This document shows, one piece after another, positions 12,201 to 23,669 of a DNA stretch of 64,000 nucleotides. The position numbers and the translations under genes are program-made. The stretch comes from Somniosus microcephalus. Lineage: Eukaryota. The notes beneath the pieces are model-generated. The model was not told the origin of the DNA. It was given only the letters and a program-made list of their open reading frames with translations, and did no database searches. Numbering within the stretch: the first letter of the stretch is position 1; each line of letters starts with the position of its first letter. Location: the NCBI GenBank assembly GCA_052327205.1, contig CM126228.1, positions 34,348,001 through 34,412,000 of the forward strand, given 5' to 3'.

Positions 12201-14423
12201 ATAAATCACCTGGACCTGATGGCTTACATCCTAGGGTCTTGAGGGAAGTGGCGGTAGGAATTGTGGATGCATTAGTAATAATTTTCCAAAACTCCCTGGA
12301 CTCAACAAAGGTCCCGGCAGACTGGAAAACTGCTAATGTAACACCCTTATTTAAAAAGGGCAGTAGACAGAAGGCTGGAAACTATAGACTGGTTAGCCTA
12401 ACATCTGTGGTAGGTAAAATTTTGGAGTCCATTATTAAGGAGACAGTAACAGGACATTTGGATAATCATAATTTAATAGGACAAAGTCAGCATGGTTTTA
12501 TGAAGGGGAAGTCATGTTTGACAAATTTGCTGGAGTTCTTTGAGGAAGTAACATATAGGGTGGATAAAGGGGAACCAGTGGACGTAATGTATTTAGACTT
12601 CCAAAAGGCATTTGACAAGGTGCCACACAAAAGATTATTGCTTAAGATAAAAAAATCACGGGATTGGGGTAATATTCTGGCATGGATAGAGGATTGGCTA
12701 TCTAACAGAAGGCAGAGAGTTGGGATAAATGATTCATTCTCAGACTGGCAATCAGTAACTAGTGGTGTTCCGCAGGGGTCAGTGCTGGGTCCCCAACTCT
12801 TTACAATCTATATTAACGATTTGGAGGAGGGGACCGAGTGTAACATATCAAAGTTTGCAGATGATACTAAGATGGGAGGGAAAGTAGTGAGTGAGGAGGA
12901 CATAAAAAACCTGCAAGGGGACATAGACAGGCTAAGTAAGTGGGCAGAGATTTGGCAGATGGAATACAATACTGGAAAGTGTGAGGTTATGCACTTTGGC
13001 AGGAAAAATCGTAGAGCAAGTTATTATCTTAATGGCAAGAAACTGGAAAGTACTGAAGTACAAAGGGATCTGGGGGTCCTGGTGCACAAAACTCAAAAGG
13101 TTAGTATGCAGGTGCAGCAAGTGATTAAGAAGGCCAATGGAATGTTGGCTTTCATTGCTAGGGGGATAGAATATAAAAATAGGGAGGTATTGCTTCAGTT
13201 GTACAAGGTATTGGTGAGACCGCACCTGGAATACTGCATACAGTTTTGGTGTCCATACTTAAGAAAAGACATACTTGCTCTCGCGTCAGTACAAAGAAGG
13301 TTCACTCGGTTAATCCCGGGGATGAGGGGATGGACATATGAGGAGAGGTTGAGTAGATTGGGACTCTACTCATTGGAGTTCAGAAGAATGAGAGGCGATC
13401 TTATTGAAACATATAAGATTGTGAAGGGGTTGGATCGGGTGGATGCGGGGAGGATGTTCCCGATGATGGGTGAAACTAGAACTAGGGGGCATAGTCTTAG
13501 AATAAGGGGCTGCTCTTTCAAAACTAAGATGAGGAGGAACTACTTCACTCAGAGGGTGGTAGGTCCATGGAATATGCTGCCCCAAAAAGCTGTAGAAGCT
13601 ACATCATTACATAAATTTAAAACAGAAATAGACAGTTTCCTAGAAGTAAAGAGAATTAAGGGTTACGGGGAGCGGGCAGGAATTTGGACATGAGTCTAGG
13701 TTCGGATCGGACATGGCCCTGTGGGTAGCGGAGCGGGCCCAGGGGCCGTGTAGCCTGATCCTGCTCCTATTTCGTGTGTCTAATTCTGTTAGATTCAGGA
13801 GATGGTTCTGTGATAGTAGATTGGCGGTTAGGATCAGATCAGCCATGATCTTACTGAATGGCGGAGCAGGCTCGAGGGGCCGATTGGCCCACTCCTGCTC
13901 CTATTTCTTATGTTATGAGTCTAGGTTCAGAACGGTCATGGCCCTGTGGGTAGCGGAGCGGGCCCAGGGGCCGTGTAGCCTGGTCCTGCTCCTACTTCTT
14001 GTGTTCTAATTCTGTGTTAGATTTCAGGAGATGGTTCTATTCACAGGGATTAGTGGAGACATCGAACAGGCTGGCAGCTAAGTGTCCTTCAAGAGTAAAT
14101 TGGGCCTGTTCCTGGCTGGGGTGGAGATCACCTTTTACAGAAGGTAAGTACTGTAGGAAATACAAGGACAGAGTGATCTCCTGGATGAGTTTCGATCGCC
14201 TAGATGGGTCGGAGAGGAATTTCCCAGATTTTTTCTCCCAAATTGGCCATTGTTTTTTTTAGCTAGTTTTTCGCCTCTCCCGGGAGATCACATGGGTTCG
14301 GGTGGGATGGAGAGTGATAGTAGATTTGAGGTTAGGATCAGATCAGCCATGATCTTATTGAATGGTGGAGCAGGCTCGAGGGGCCGATTGGCCTACTCCT
14401 GCTCCTATTTCTTATGTTCTTAT
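9201..14423 (+). mobile_element. CR1 LINE (outer copy), 5'-truncated; ORF2 9268-11526, with 3'UTR resuming at 13915-14423
   Basis: 752-aa ORF with the end of the APE domain (SDHNMVEF), RT motifs QHGF, QKAFDKVPH, GVPQGSVLGP, FADD and the CR1 C-terminus TRGH...FFTQRVV; tail (TTCTTATG)n. Confidence 0.95.
11530..13914 (+). mobile_element. CR1 LINE (inner copy of the same family) nested at the stop codon of the outer copy
   Basis: 605-aa ORF 11876-13693 with YLDFQKAFDKVPH and FADD, plus its own shorter 3'UTR and tail; flanked by ATGAGTC at 11523-11529 and 13915-13921. Confidence 0.9.
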
Positions 14424-14665
14424 GGAACAGGAAGGGTTAAGGAGCTAAAATTCTAATTGAATCACATGTTTTTGTTGCATCATCAGTAAAAAAATAATTG
14501 TCTGTCAAAACTCCACATCTGCAGCTGACTGAATATATATTTGTAAATTATGGACAAACTAAAGTGTTCTCCGTAACACAGCTATTACGGTTCTATTAAA
14601 CCACAGTCATTCTTTGCTTTGAATTATCCTGCAATTAAAAGTAAGCAATTTAAATTAAACAACAT

Positions 14666-15110
14666 AGAAAGAAGGACTTGCATTTCTATAGCGCCTTTCT
14701 CAACCTCAGGACGTCCCGAAGCGCTTTACAGCCAATGAAGTACTTGTGCAGTGTAGTCACTGTTGTAATGTAGGAAACGCGCAGCCAATTTGCGCACAGC
14801 AAGCTCCCACAAACAGTATTGCGATAAGTGACCAGATAATCTGTTTTAGTGATATTGGTTGAGGGATAAATATTGGCCAGGACAGTGGAGAGAACTCCTC
14901 TGTTCTTCGAATAGTGGCCGTGGGACCTTTTACATTCACCCGAGAGAGCAGATGGGGCCTCGGTTTAAAAATCATCAAAAAGACGTCACCTCGGACAATG
15001 CTGCGGTGAAGTGTCAGTCTAGATCACCTGCTTACGTTTCTGCAGTGTGGCTTGAACCCACAGCCTTCCGACTCCGAGGCAAGAGTGCTACCACTGAGCC
15101 AAGGCTGACA
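14666..15110 (-). mobile_element. DeuSINE (SacSINE1-like), near full length
   Basis: tRNA-like head (GGCTCAGTGGTAGCACTCTTGCC...GGGTTCAAGCC), Deu domain and L2 tail on the minus strand. Confidence 0.9.
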
Positions 15111-15949
15111 CCGACATGATTTCAATTTGAATTAATAGTAGACTTTATGGTGCGATCCATAAGTTCTGATCTGGGTACAGAGCAGACGTATTATGGAGTA
15201 TGGACAAATACTTGCTCTTTCTGGAGTGTGTTTTTCAAGCTACTGCAATAAAGTATGTGTCTGTCCAATTTTATAGTGATAACCACACTGGAAAGTACAG
15301 TTACACCCATTATAACAGCAAAGCAAACCGAATTACCTGCGAGACTTGCTGTAAGTCAACGTACCCGAAAACTCCTCTGGTTAATCATAGTTTCTGATCT
15401 CTATGAATGCACAAAGAGGGCGTTAAATCCAAGTGGGTTGAGACATTCCTATCAACTGTACTCACAGCCAGAGAATGCAAAGGTGGTGGTTGGGCAGCTA
15501 TGTTGTCAGGAGGTAATTAATTTAACAGCGATTCTTAAATCGACAACAGGAACCTGTAAAGAGCTGCGACAGCTATAAGGAACTATACTGCCCTCTATCA
15601 CTCACACACCAGCGGCACATCGCTTAAAAATCACCTGGGCCACATTTGCAAAAGGGATCCTTTTTTTCTAAAATATGTAAAGTAGGTGCCATTTGAGCTG
15701 AGCTGTGAAGGAAGTAACCTGCAATATATTCAGTGGGCATGTCCAGAAAATGTAACAATCAACAGCTCATCTCTGTGAAAAGTGAGGCCCTTTCAGGACT
15801 GAAAGGTTGAAAGTGTAAAATCATCACTGAGGTGCAGAGAGAATACAGGCACAAGTGGAAATGTTTTGAATATTGAGAACTAAGATAACACAAACTATGG
15901 GCCTAAGCAATTCCAACCCATAATTTATTTATAATAAACTATATTATAT

Positions 15950-16748
15950 AGCGGTGGACGCTGAGTTCCTTCAAGCGAGAGCTGGACCTGTTTCTGGCTG
16001 GGGCGGAGATCACTGCTTACAGAAGGAAGGTACTGCAGGGAATTCAGGGCCAGGGTGCTCTCCTGGACTAGTTTCGATCACCTAGCTGGGTCGGAGAGGA
16101 ATTTCCCAGATTTGTTTCCCCCAAATTGGCCTGGTTTTTAAAAAATCTGTTTTTTCACCTCTCCCAGGAGATCACATGGTTTCGGGTGGGTAGTGGAGTG
16201 TCTTCTTCTCTTAGGCAGTCCCTCGGGACCGAGGATGACTTGCTTCCACATTAAAAATGAGTTCTCAGGTGACTGCTGAGTCCAATGCGGGACCTACAGT
16301 CTCTGTCACAGGTGGGGCAGACGGTGGTTGAAGGGGCGGTTGGGGTGCTTGGGTTGACGTGCGCTCCTTCCGCTGGGCTTCTGGCGAAGAGACTCGGTGT
16401 TCGGCGCCTTCCCGGATGCTTCTCCTCCACTTTGTGCGGTCTTGGGCCAGGGATTCCCAGGTGTCGGTGGGGATGTTGCACTTTTTCAAGGAGGCTTTGA
16501 GGGTGTCCTTGAAGCGTTTCCTCTGCCCACCTGGGGTTCTCTTGCCGTGTCGGAGCTCCGAGTGGAGCGCTTGTTTTGGGAGTCTCATATCGGGCATGCA
16601 GATGATGTGAGATCACATGGTTTCGGGTGGGGTGTTGAGTGTATATATTGTGATACAGATGGTGTCGCAATTGTGTGGGACACGGCTCGATGGACCAGAA
16701 GGTCATTGTCCGTCATTTACCTGTCCGTCATTGTTCGTATGTTCGTAT
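15950..16748 (+). mobile_element. CR1-type 3'UTR fragment, interrupted by an RTE
   Basis: Homologous to 14070-14313; ends GGCTCGATGGACCAGAAGGTC...(TTCGTATG)n. Confidence 0.7.
16202..16608 (-). mobile_element. RTE-clade LINE 3' end
   Basis: Minus peptides MPDMRLPKQALHSELRHGKRTPGGQRKRFKDTLKASLKKC and CPTCDRDCRSRIGLSSHLRTH (C2H2); (AAG)n tail. Confidence 0.9.
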
Positions 16749-17049
16749 AACTAAGATAAAGCCCACACTTGTGAAATTAGGATGTTAGAAAGTGTTTCAA
16801 AAATATAACTATCTAGTGAGCCATAAATGGAGACATGAAAAGAGGTAAATAATCCTTTCCTCAACATTGAAAATTAGGACAGGGAGGGGAGTCTGATTTC
16901 TAACGTGTTATTGGGCCATTAGAACTCTGAGCTCATCTGAATTCACCACAAGCGAATGCTATGATTGCTTCAATTAATAACATCCCTAAAAGGTCTCATT
17001 ATTAATTATCATATATATATATTTGTACATATCACCTCATACTTATTAG

Positions 17050-18147
17050 AGCTGTTCCATGCTGTGGTTACATCCAGACTTAAATATGCCAATGCTTTCC
17101 TGACCGAACTCCTGCCCTCCACCCTCTGTAGACTTCACTTTATCTGAAACTCTCTTGCCCGTATCTTATCTCCAGGTCCCCCTCACCTATCACCCATCCT
17201 TGATGACCTACATTGGTTCCTTGTTCCCCCAATTTAAAATTCTAATCCTTACATTTAAATCCCATCCTCACTTCTCCTCTCCCCATCTCTTTAACCACTT
17301 ACACCTTATAACCCCACTCCTTGAACTCTCCGTTCCTCTGATTCTGATCTTTTGTGTATCCCTCCCCCCTTCCTTCACCCCACCATTGGCAGCCATGCCT
17401 TCAGCTATCTAGCCCCCACACTCTAGTATTTCCTCTATAAACCCATTCTACCCCTCTCTCCTTCTTTAAGAAGCACTTTAAAACCCACCTCTTTGACCAA
17501 CCTTTTAGTCACCCCTCCCAATATCATCTTCTTTGGCTCAGCATCCATTTTTCTCTGATTGCGCCTCTGTGAAGCGCCTTAGAACATTTTTTTCTACGTT
17601 CAAAAGGTGCTATATAAATGCAAGCTGTTATTTATGTTGTGAATGTGAACTCGGCTGCCCATGTCCTAACTCGCACCAAGTCCCGTTTGCCCATCACCCC
17701 TGTGCTCGCTGACCTACATTGGCTCCCGGTTAAGCAACGCCTCGATTTCAAAATTCTCATCCTTGTTTTCAAATCCCTCCATGGCCTCGCCCCTCCCTAT
17801 CTCTGTAATCTCCTCCAGCCCCACAACCCTCTGATATATCCGCACTCCACTAATTCTGTCCTCTTGAGGATCCCTGATTATAATCGCTCAACCTTTGGTG
17901 GCCGTGCCTTCTATTGTCTAGGCCCTAAGCTCTGGAATTCCCTGCCTAAACCTCTCCACCTCACTACCTCTCTTTCCTCCTTTAAGACGCTCCTTAAAAC
18001 CTACCTCTTTGACCAAGCTTTTGGTCACCTGCCCTAATTTATCCTTATGTGGCTCGGTGTCAAATTTGTTGTCTTACAATACTCCTGTGCAGCACCTTGG
18101 GACGTTTTACTACGTTAAAGGCGCTATATAAATACACGTTGTTGTTG
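17050..18147 (+). mobile_element. Two tandem L2 LINE 3' fragments (older 17050-17640, younger 17648-18147)
   Basis: HAVVTSRLKYANAFL; ITPVLADLHWLPVKQRLDFKILILVFKSLHGLAPPYL...GGRAF...PKLWNSLP; tails AAAGGCGCTATATAAAT. Confidence 0.9.
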
Positions 18148-19184
18148 ATGTGGACTCCTGGGGCAGAGCTTCATCTGTTGGGAGTGCATAACGGGAAACT
18201 GTGAGCACGCTCCTTCCTATTTTTTGTCTATTAAAATGAATGGCCAGAAGATCATGGGGAGACACCTGTGCTTCGCTGATTAAGTCCTCCTGGTGGGTGA
18301 ACCTTCGCACCAGGAGCCGGCATTTGTAAAAGCGGCGGTATGAGGTTAAAACAATCGCATTCAAACAAGGGTAGCAAAGTATTTCAACATTATTTTCTAT
18401 TTTTTTTAATCGACCAGTGGGTCTGCCAATATTGTCAGAGGGCATGATCTTTTATAATGCTTGGCTCATTGAACTATTAACTTTAATCACTGTTTCATAA
18501 TGCCTTTCAAACTGGCAAAGAATGAAGCAGGTTTTCAGCTAGATACGGAAACAGCTGTTCTTACAGTTGGCACTGTACTGGTAAATTTAACCCAAACTCG
18601 AATTATAAAAAGGCGCTGGTTAGCGGACGCCTGTTGCCTTGACGACCAGCTGTTATAGCTGTTAGGTAGGCACAAAATTTGCATTAAAATCATCCTGATT
18701 AAAATTGGATGTCGTCTCCAAATACCTCTCACTCATTTTCTCTCTCTCTCTCCCCACAGTAAATGTCCCTTTGAGTCTGTGCCCTCTCTCCTGTATGTTG
18801 CTCACACAGTTTCGAGCTTTCTCTACGCATGCCTATCTTTCCCTCCTCCAGGTGTGTGGAAATTCTTCAACACTTTCTCTCCCTCCCTTTCTCTCTTCCC
18901 GTCACACAAACTGTGTGTGTGTCTGTTTCTCTCCGTCCTTTCCTTTTCTTATGTAAAAAATGCCTTCAAAATAGTATTTCTGTCCCAAGCTCACTCTAAA
19001 ATCCTGAGGTTCATTCATTATCTTGTTTTGAAGTCTTGCACTTTTTGCTGTGAAGCACTTTGGGACGTCCTGGGGCCGTGAAAGGGTCTACATAAATGCA
19101 AGTTCTTTCTTTCTTCTTGTTTCACACCTTTCAAGTCTTCAGATCGTGGGATTTACTTTTTTTTATAATTTAGTTAGTCTCATT

Positions 19185-19525
19185 TTGCAGGCAAATGTGA
19201 CAGCCAACTTTTGCACAGCAAGGTCGCCCAATGATATAAATGACCAGTTAATCTGTTTTTGGTGGTCTTTGTTGAGGGATGAATGTTGCCTAGGACACTG
19301 GGAGAACTCCCTCTGCTTCTTCGCACAGTGCCATGGGATCTTTTACATCTACAAGCAAATAAGGCCTCAGTTTAATGTCTCATCCAAAAGGCAACACCTC
19401 TGACAATGCAGCATTCCCTCAGAGCTTCACTGAAGTATCAGTCGAGATGATGTACTCAAGTCCCTGGACTGGGAGTTTAAGCACACAACCTTCTAATTTA
19501 GAGGCCAGAGTGCTGCAATTGAACT
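19185..19525 (-). mobile_element. DeuSINE, diverged
   Basis: GTGCCATGGGATCTTTTAC, GGCCTCAGTTTAATGTCTCATCC and head remnants. Confidence 0.75.
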
Positions 19526-19949
19526 AAATGTGCTACTTTGAGAAAAAACAAGATGTTAATAACTGCTATAGACAGCTGCTACAGAAGTCCTACTGCTTCA
19601 AGTACTGCATAAATTGCCTGTAGATAATCATACTCATTGCTTTCTCCAAAGCGTTTCCATGTATTTAAGACCGTGGCAAACTTGGGATTATAGGCCCGGG
19701 TGATTTTCAGAGAGTTGTAGCTGTTACTTTTCCTTAGCTGCTAGTGACGGCCTTTTCCTTAGCTGCTAGTGACGGCCATGAGAATATGACCTGACCCACT
19801 TCCAATCCACCCCTGGCTTGTTTCTGACCATCAGCCCGAGTCCTGGCCTGGAGCCAGGTTTTGAATGCAAACATCTGTCACTGTATGACGGTACACGGTC
19901 ACTGTTTATTGTATTTAAAGGGGGAAAAACTGGGTTGCCTTGGGCCCCC

Positions 19950-20250
19950 CGGGGCTACAAAGTCCCTAGCGCCTGGGGGGGGCGGCGCCGATAACATCTC
20001 CCGCGAAATTTAGCGGGAGGTTAGCGGCGGCGGTAGCCGGTAGCTCCCTGCGGCGCTGCGCCTCCGGCGATTACATCATCACCATGCGCAGCACCCTGCT
20101 CACGCCCTGGCCGCGCCCCTCTGACCTACCGCCGGACGCTATGTCCGACAGGGTCAGGGTGTTTTTTTTTGCGGCCACAGCGGCACAAATTAAAGGGCAG
20201 GTGCCGGGTGGCCATTTTTTTGGGGCCCCCTGCCAGCACCTGCCCCCTTC
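19950..20250. mobile_element. GC-rich MITE fragment related to 5038-5734
   Basis: GCGGCGCTGCGCCTCCGGCGATTACATCATCACCATGCGCAGCACC resembles the reverse complement of 5578-5630. Confidence 0.5.
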
Positions 20251-20577
20251 CGCTTCTTCATTACAACAGTGACTACACTCCAAAAGTACTTCATTGGCTG
20301 TGAAGCGCTTTGGTATGTCCGGAGGTCGTGAAAGCCTGTCCTTTCCCTCTAATCTATCTCTCTCTTCTCTCCCCTACATTTTACTTTTTTCCTCTCTGTC
20401 TTTCTCCTTCCCCGCTTTAATTTCTTTCTCTGTCTCCTTTTCCTTTCGCTCCTTTTTCTGTCTCTACGTTCTTTGCTTCTCCCTTCATGTCTTCACTTCT
20501 CCCTCTCGACCTCTTACTGTCAAAACAAAAATATAAATCTTACCTCAGAAGTCTGAGTTAAACATTCCATACTACAT

Positions 20578-21008
20578 GTGTCAGCCCAGTGGCTCAGTGG
20601 GCAGCACCCTCGCCTCTGAGTCACAAGGTTGTGGGTTCAAGTCCTACTCCAGAGACTTGAGCACAAAAATCTAGGCTAACACTCCAGTGCAGTACGGAGG
20701 GAGTTCTGCACTGTCAGAGGTGCTGTTTTTGGATGAGACGTTAAATCAAGGCCCCGTCTGCCCTCTCAGGGTGGACGTAAATGAAGAGCAGGGGGGCTAT
20801 CCCTGGTGTCCGGACCAATATTTATCACTATAACAGATTATCTGGTCATTATTACATTGCTGTTTGTTAGAGCTTGCTGTGCGCCAATTGGCTGCCATGT
20901 TTCCTACATTACAACAGTGACTACACTTCAAAGGTACTTCATTGGCTGTCAAGCGCTTTGGGACGTCCGGTGGTCGTTAAAGGCGCGATATAAATGCAAG
21001 TCTTTCTT
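20578..21008 (+). mobile_element. DeuSINE (SacSINE1-like), near full length
   Basis: A box TGGCTCAGTGG, B box GGTTCAAGTCC, Deu domain and L2 tail. Confidence 0.9.
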
Positions 21009-22079
21009 ACTTAAGGTTTTATGCAAAATATCTCACAACTTTCCAGTTTTTCCACTCAGTATTCACTCAACTGATGAGAAAACTATACATGGAGTCAAAG
21101 TGAAAATTGAGAAAAATAAATAATGTTTGGCTTTAACTATTAAAAAAAGGCAGAAAGGATAGTTATTGTTTGTCTGGCTTTCTCCGAGGTAAAACGGAAG
21201 TAGGTTTCTGGTGTGTTGTAGAATCACTTGGAAGCAATTTGACGCTTGGCGCTGCTCCAGCTTCGCTGCCATAACTTCATTGGAGCTCTGCCAGAAACCC
21301 TGTTTGCGTATGTAAATAGAGTTTCCGATGAACTTCTAGTGAAGTTAAGGTGGTGAGGCAGAAGCAGCTCGGAGGAAATTCCTGGGCTTGATTTGCACGG
21401 ATTGGCCAGGGCTCATTGTTACTGTCGTGAGCCTCATCTCCCAGAACCCCTCCTCCAAAACATTACCTGTCTCCAACCCTAGGTAATCCCTCACCGCCAC
21501 AGGAGCAGTCATCCACATCTATCAATTCCAGCCATGGCTTTTCCAGTGCCCTCCTAGTCAGATTCCTTAGCTCATTCTTAACTAATTCCAACGGATCCAG
21601 AGTTGCCGTACTAAGTTCTACTCACCCCATTTCCCACCACATCTCCATTGGCTCCCTTTCTCCCAGCAAATCAATTTTGTCCTCATTTATTAATCCATCC
21701 ATGCCTTGCTGCACCCTACCTCTGTAAATTCCTCCTGCCCTACATCGCACCTTGCACCCTCCACTCTCCTGAGTCTGGTTAACTCTTCTGTTCATTGGTA
21801 ACAGAACCATCAGGTATCATGGACCTGCATTCTGGAATTCAGGTCCTTCCCGTTTCTCTCCAAAAGCCTCCTCAAATTCTATCTCTTTGGCCACACCTTT
21901 AGTCACCTCCTTTAATCTTTTCCCAATTCCTGCTGATTGTCTGATCTGTTCCTCTGTGAAGTGCCTCGAGATGTTTTGCTATTAAAGATACTATATAGCG
22001 GGTATGGCAATGTGAATTAAAAACAGAAAATGCTGGAAATACTCAGCAGGTCAGGCAGCATCTGTGGAGAGAGAAACAG

Positions 22080-22116
22080 AGTTAACGTTTCAGGTCGATG
22101 ACCCTTCATCAGAACT
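22080..22116 (-). ncRNA. Minimal type I hammerhead ribozyme (Penelope pLTR)
   Basis: AGTT-CTGATGA-AGGGTC ATC GACCT-GAAA-CGTT-AACT on the minus strand. Confidence 0.75.
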
Positions 22117-22960
22117 GGAAAAAGTTGGAGATGTAACAGATTTTTAAGCAGATGTAGGGGCAGGGAAAGGGAGTAAAGAACAAAAGGGACGGTCTGTGAT
22201 AGGATGGAAGGCAGGAGAGATTAAGAGACAAAAGGGATGATGGTGAAAGACAAAAGGAGATGGTAATGGGACAGGTAAAGAAACAAAAGATGGGTCTAGA
22301 AGAGGTGTAAATGGGAATGGCAGAATCATCAAAAGCTGCCATGTGAGAGAGAAAAAATAAGGGCAGAGGTTCTGGTGACAGGTGACCAGAAGCTCGGGGT
22401 CCCCCTTACGGACTGAACGGAGGTGTTCCGCAAAGCGGTCACCCAATCTGCATCTGGTCTCCCCTATATCGTGAGCAGCGAATACAGTATACTAAATTGC
22501 AAGAAGCACAAGTAAATCGCTGTTTCACCTGGAAGGAGTGTTTGGGGCCCTGGACAGTGGGAAGGGGGGAGGTAAAAGGGCAGGTGTTGCATCTCCTGCG
22601 CTTGCACGGGAAGGTGCCGTGGGAAGGGGAAGGGGTGTTGGGGGTGATTGAGGAGTGGACCAGGGTGTCGCGGAGGGAGTGGTCCCTTCGGAATGCTGAA
22701 AGGGGAGGTGAGGGGAAGATGTGTTTGGTGGTGGGATCACGCTGGAGGTGGCGGAAATGGCGGAGGATGATCCGTTGAATGTGGAGGCTGGTGGGGTGAA
22801 AGGTAACTTGTCCCATTACAATCTCCTTTTGCCTTGCACCATCATCCCTTTTGCCTTTTAATCTCTCCTACCTTCCATCCTATCACAGACCTTCCCTCCC
22901 CTCCCCCCTCTCCCTGCCCCTACACTTGCTTAAAAACCTGTTACATCTCCAAATTTTTCC

Positions 22961-22997
22961 AGTTCTGACGAAGGGTCATCGACCTGAAACGTTAACT
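22961..22997 (+). ncRNA. Minimal type I hammerhead ribozyme (Penelope pLTR)
   Basis: AGTT-CTGACGA-AGGGTCATCGACCT-GAAA-CGTT-AACT. Confidence 0.75.
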
Positions 22998-23104
22998 CTG
23001 TTTTTCTCTCTCTACAGAGGCTGCCTGACCTGCTGAGTATTTCCAGCGTTTTCTGTTTTTATTTCAGATTTCCAGCATCCGCAGTATTCTGCTTTTGTAT
23101 TGGG

Positions 23105-23457
23105 TATGGTAATGTAGTGGTTATGGTACTGCACTAATAATTGAGTAGAACATGAGTTCAGATCCCATCATGGCAGTCTCAGACTTTGAATTCAGTTTTA
23201 GAAATTTTGGAAATAAAATTCTGGCGTCAGTAAAAATGACCATAAAGCTGTCGGATTGTCGTAAACACCCAACTGGTTTAATGTCCTTTAGGGAAGGAAA
23301 CCTGTGTGCTTACCTGGTCTGGCTGATATGTGACACTGAACTGAAGTGACCTAGCAAGGCACTCAGTTGTTTCAATACCAGCAATTAGGGATGGTCAATA
23401 AATGCTAGCCTTGGCAGCAACACCCACATCCAGAGAATGAATAAATAATAAAAAAAT
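23105..23457 (+). mobile_element. SINE-like head+tail derivative of the tRNA-headed LINE
   Basis: Head aligns to 25235-25549 (TAGTGGTTATG...GAGTTCAGATCCC...TTTAGGGAAGGAAA...ACTCAGTTGT) and is joined to the LINE tail GCAATTAGGGATGG-CAATAAATGCT. Confidence 0.8.
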
Positions 23458-23669
23458 ATTATAAGGGAGTTGTTTGTTCCACTCCCATTACCTCACTCTT
23501 AATGAGCAGTTAGGGTGATATGTTTGAGTTATGATTTTGTAGCTATATGTTGAAAATTAATAGCACATGAAGAGACTCCCTGAACTAACAGAAGATGAGA
23601 ATGATGTCATGAGGCTAATTATGATGGGAAAAATGACAGGCTTTGAATATATTATTCAGGAGGCCCAAG

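Larger units (their letters stand above)
22014..23101 (-). mobile_element. Penelope-like element (GIY-YIG fragment) with inverted terminal pseudo-LTRs
   Basis: Minus peptides GTFPCKRRRCNTC...FTCASCNLVYCIRCSR and GDRFAEHLRSVRK; the 3' repeat is present in both orientations; 14-bp TSD GGGTATGG(C/T)AATGT. Confidence 0.9.

Noticed and set aside
13713-13770. HDV-like ribozyme in the CR1 3'UTR (GGCCCTG...CAGGGGCC)
   Set aside because: No P3/L3 or J4/2 consensus; better explained as a diverged copy of the CR1 terminal hairpin.
9201-13914. Assembly duplication of one CR1
   Set aside because: The copies differ by many substitutions and indels, have different 3'UTRs, and a target duplication flanks the inner one.
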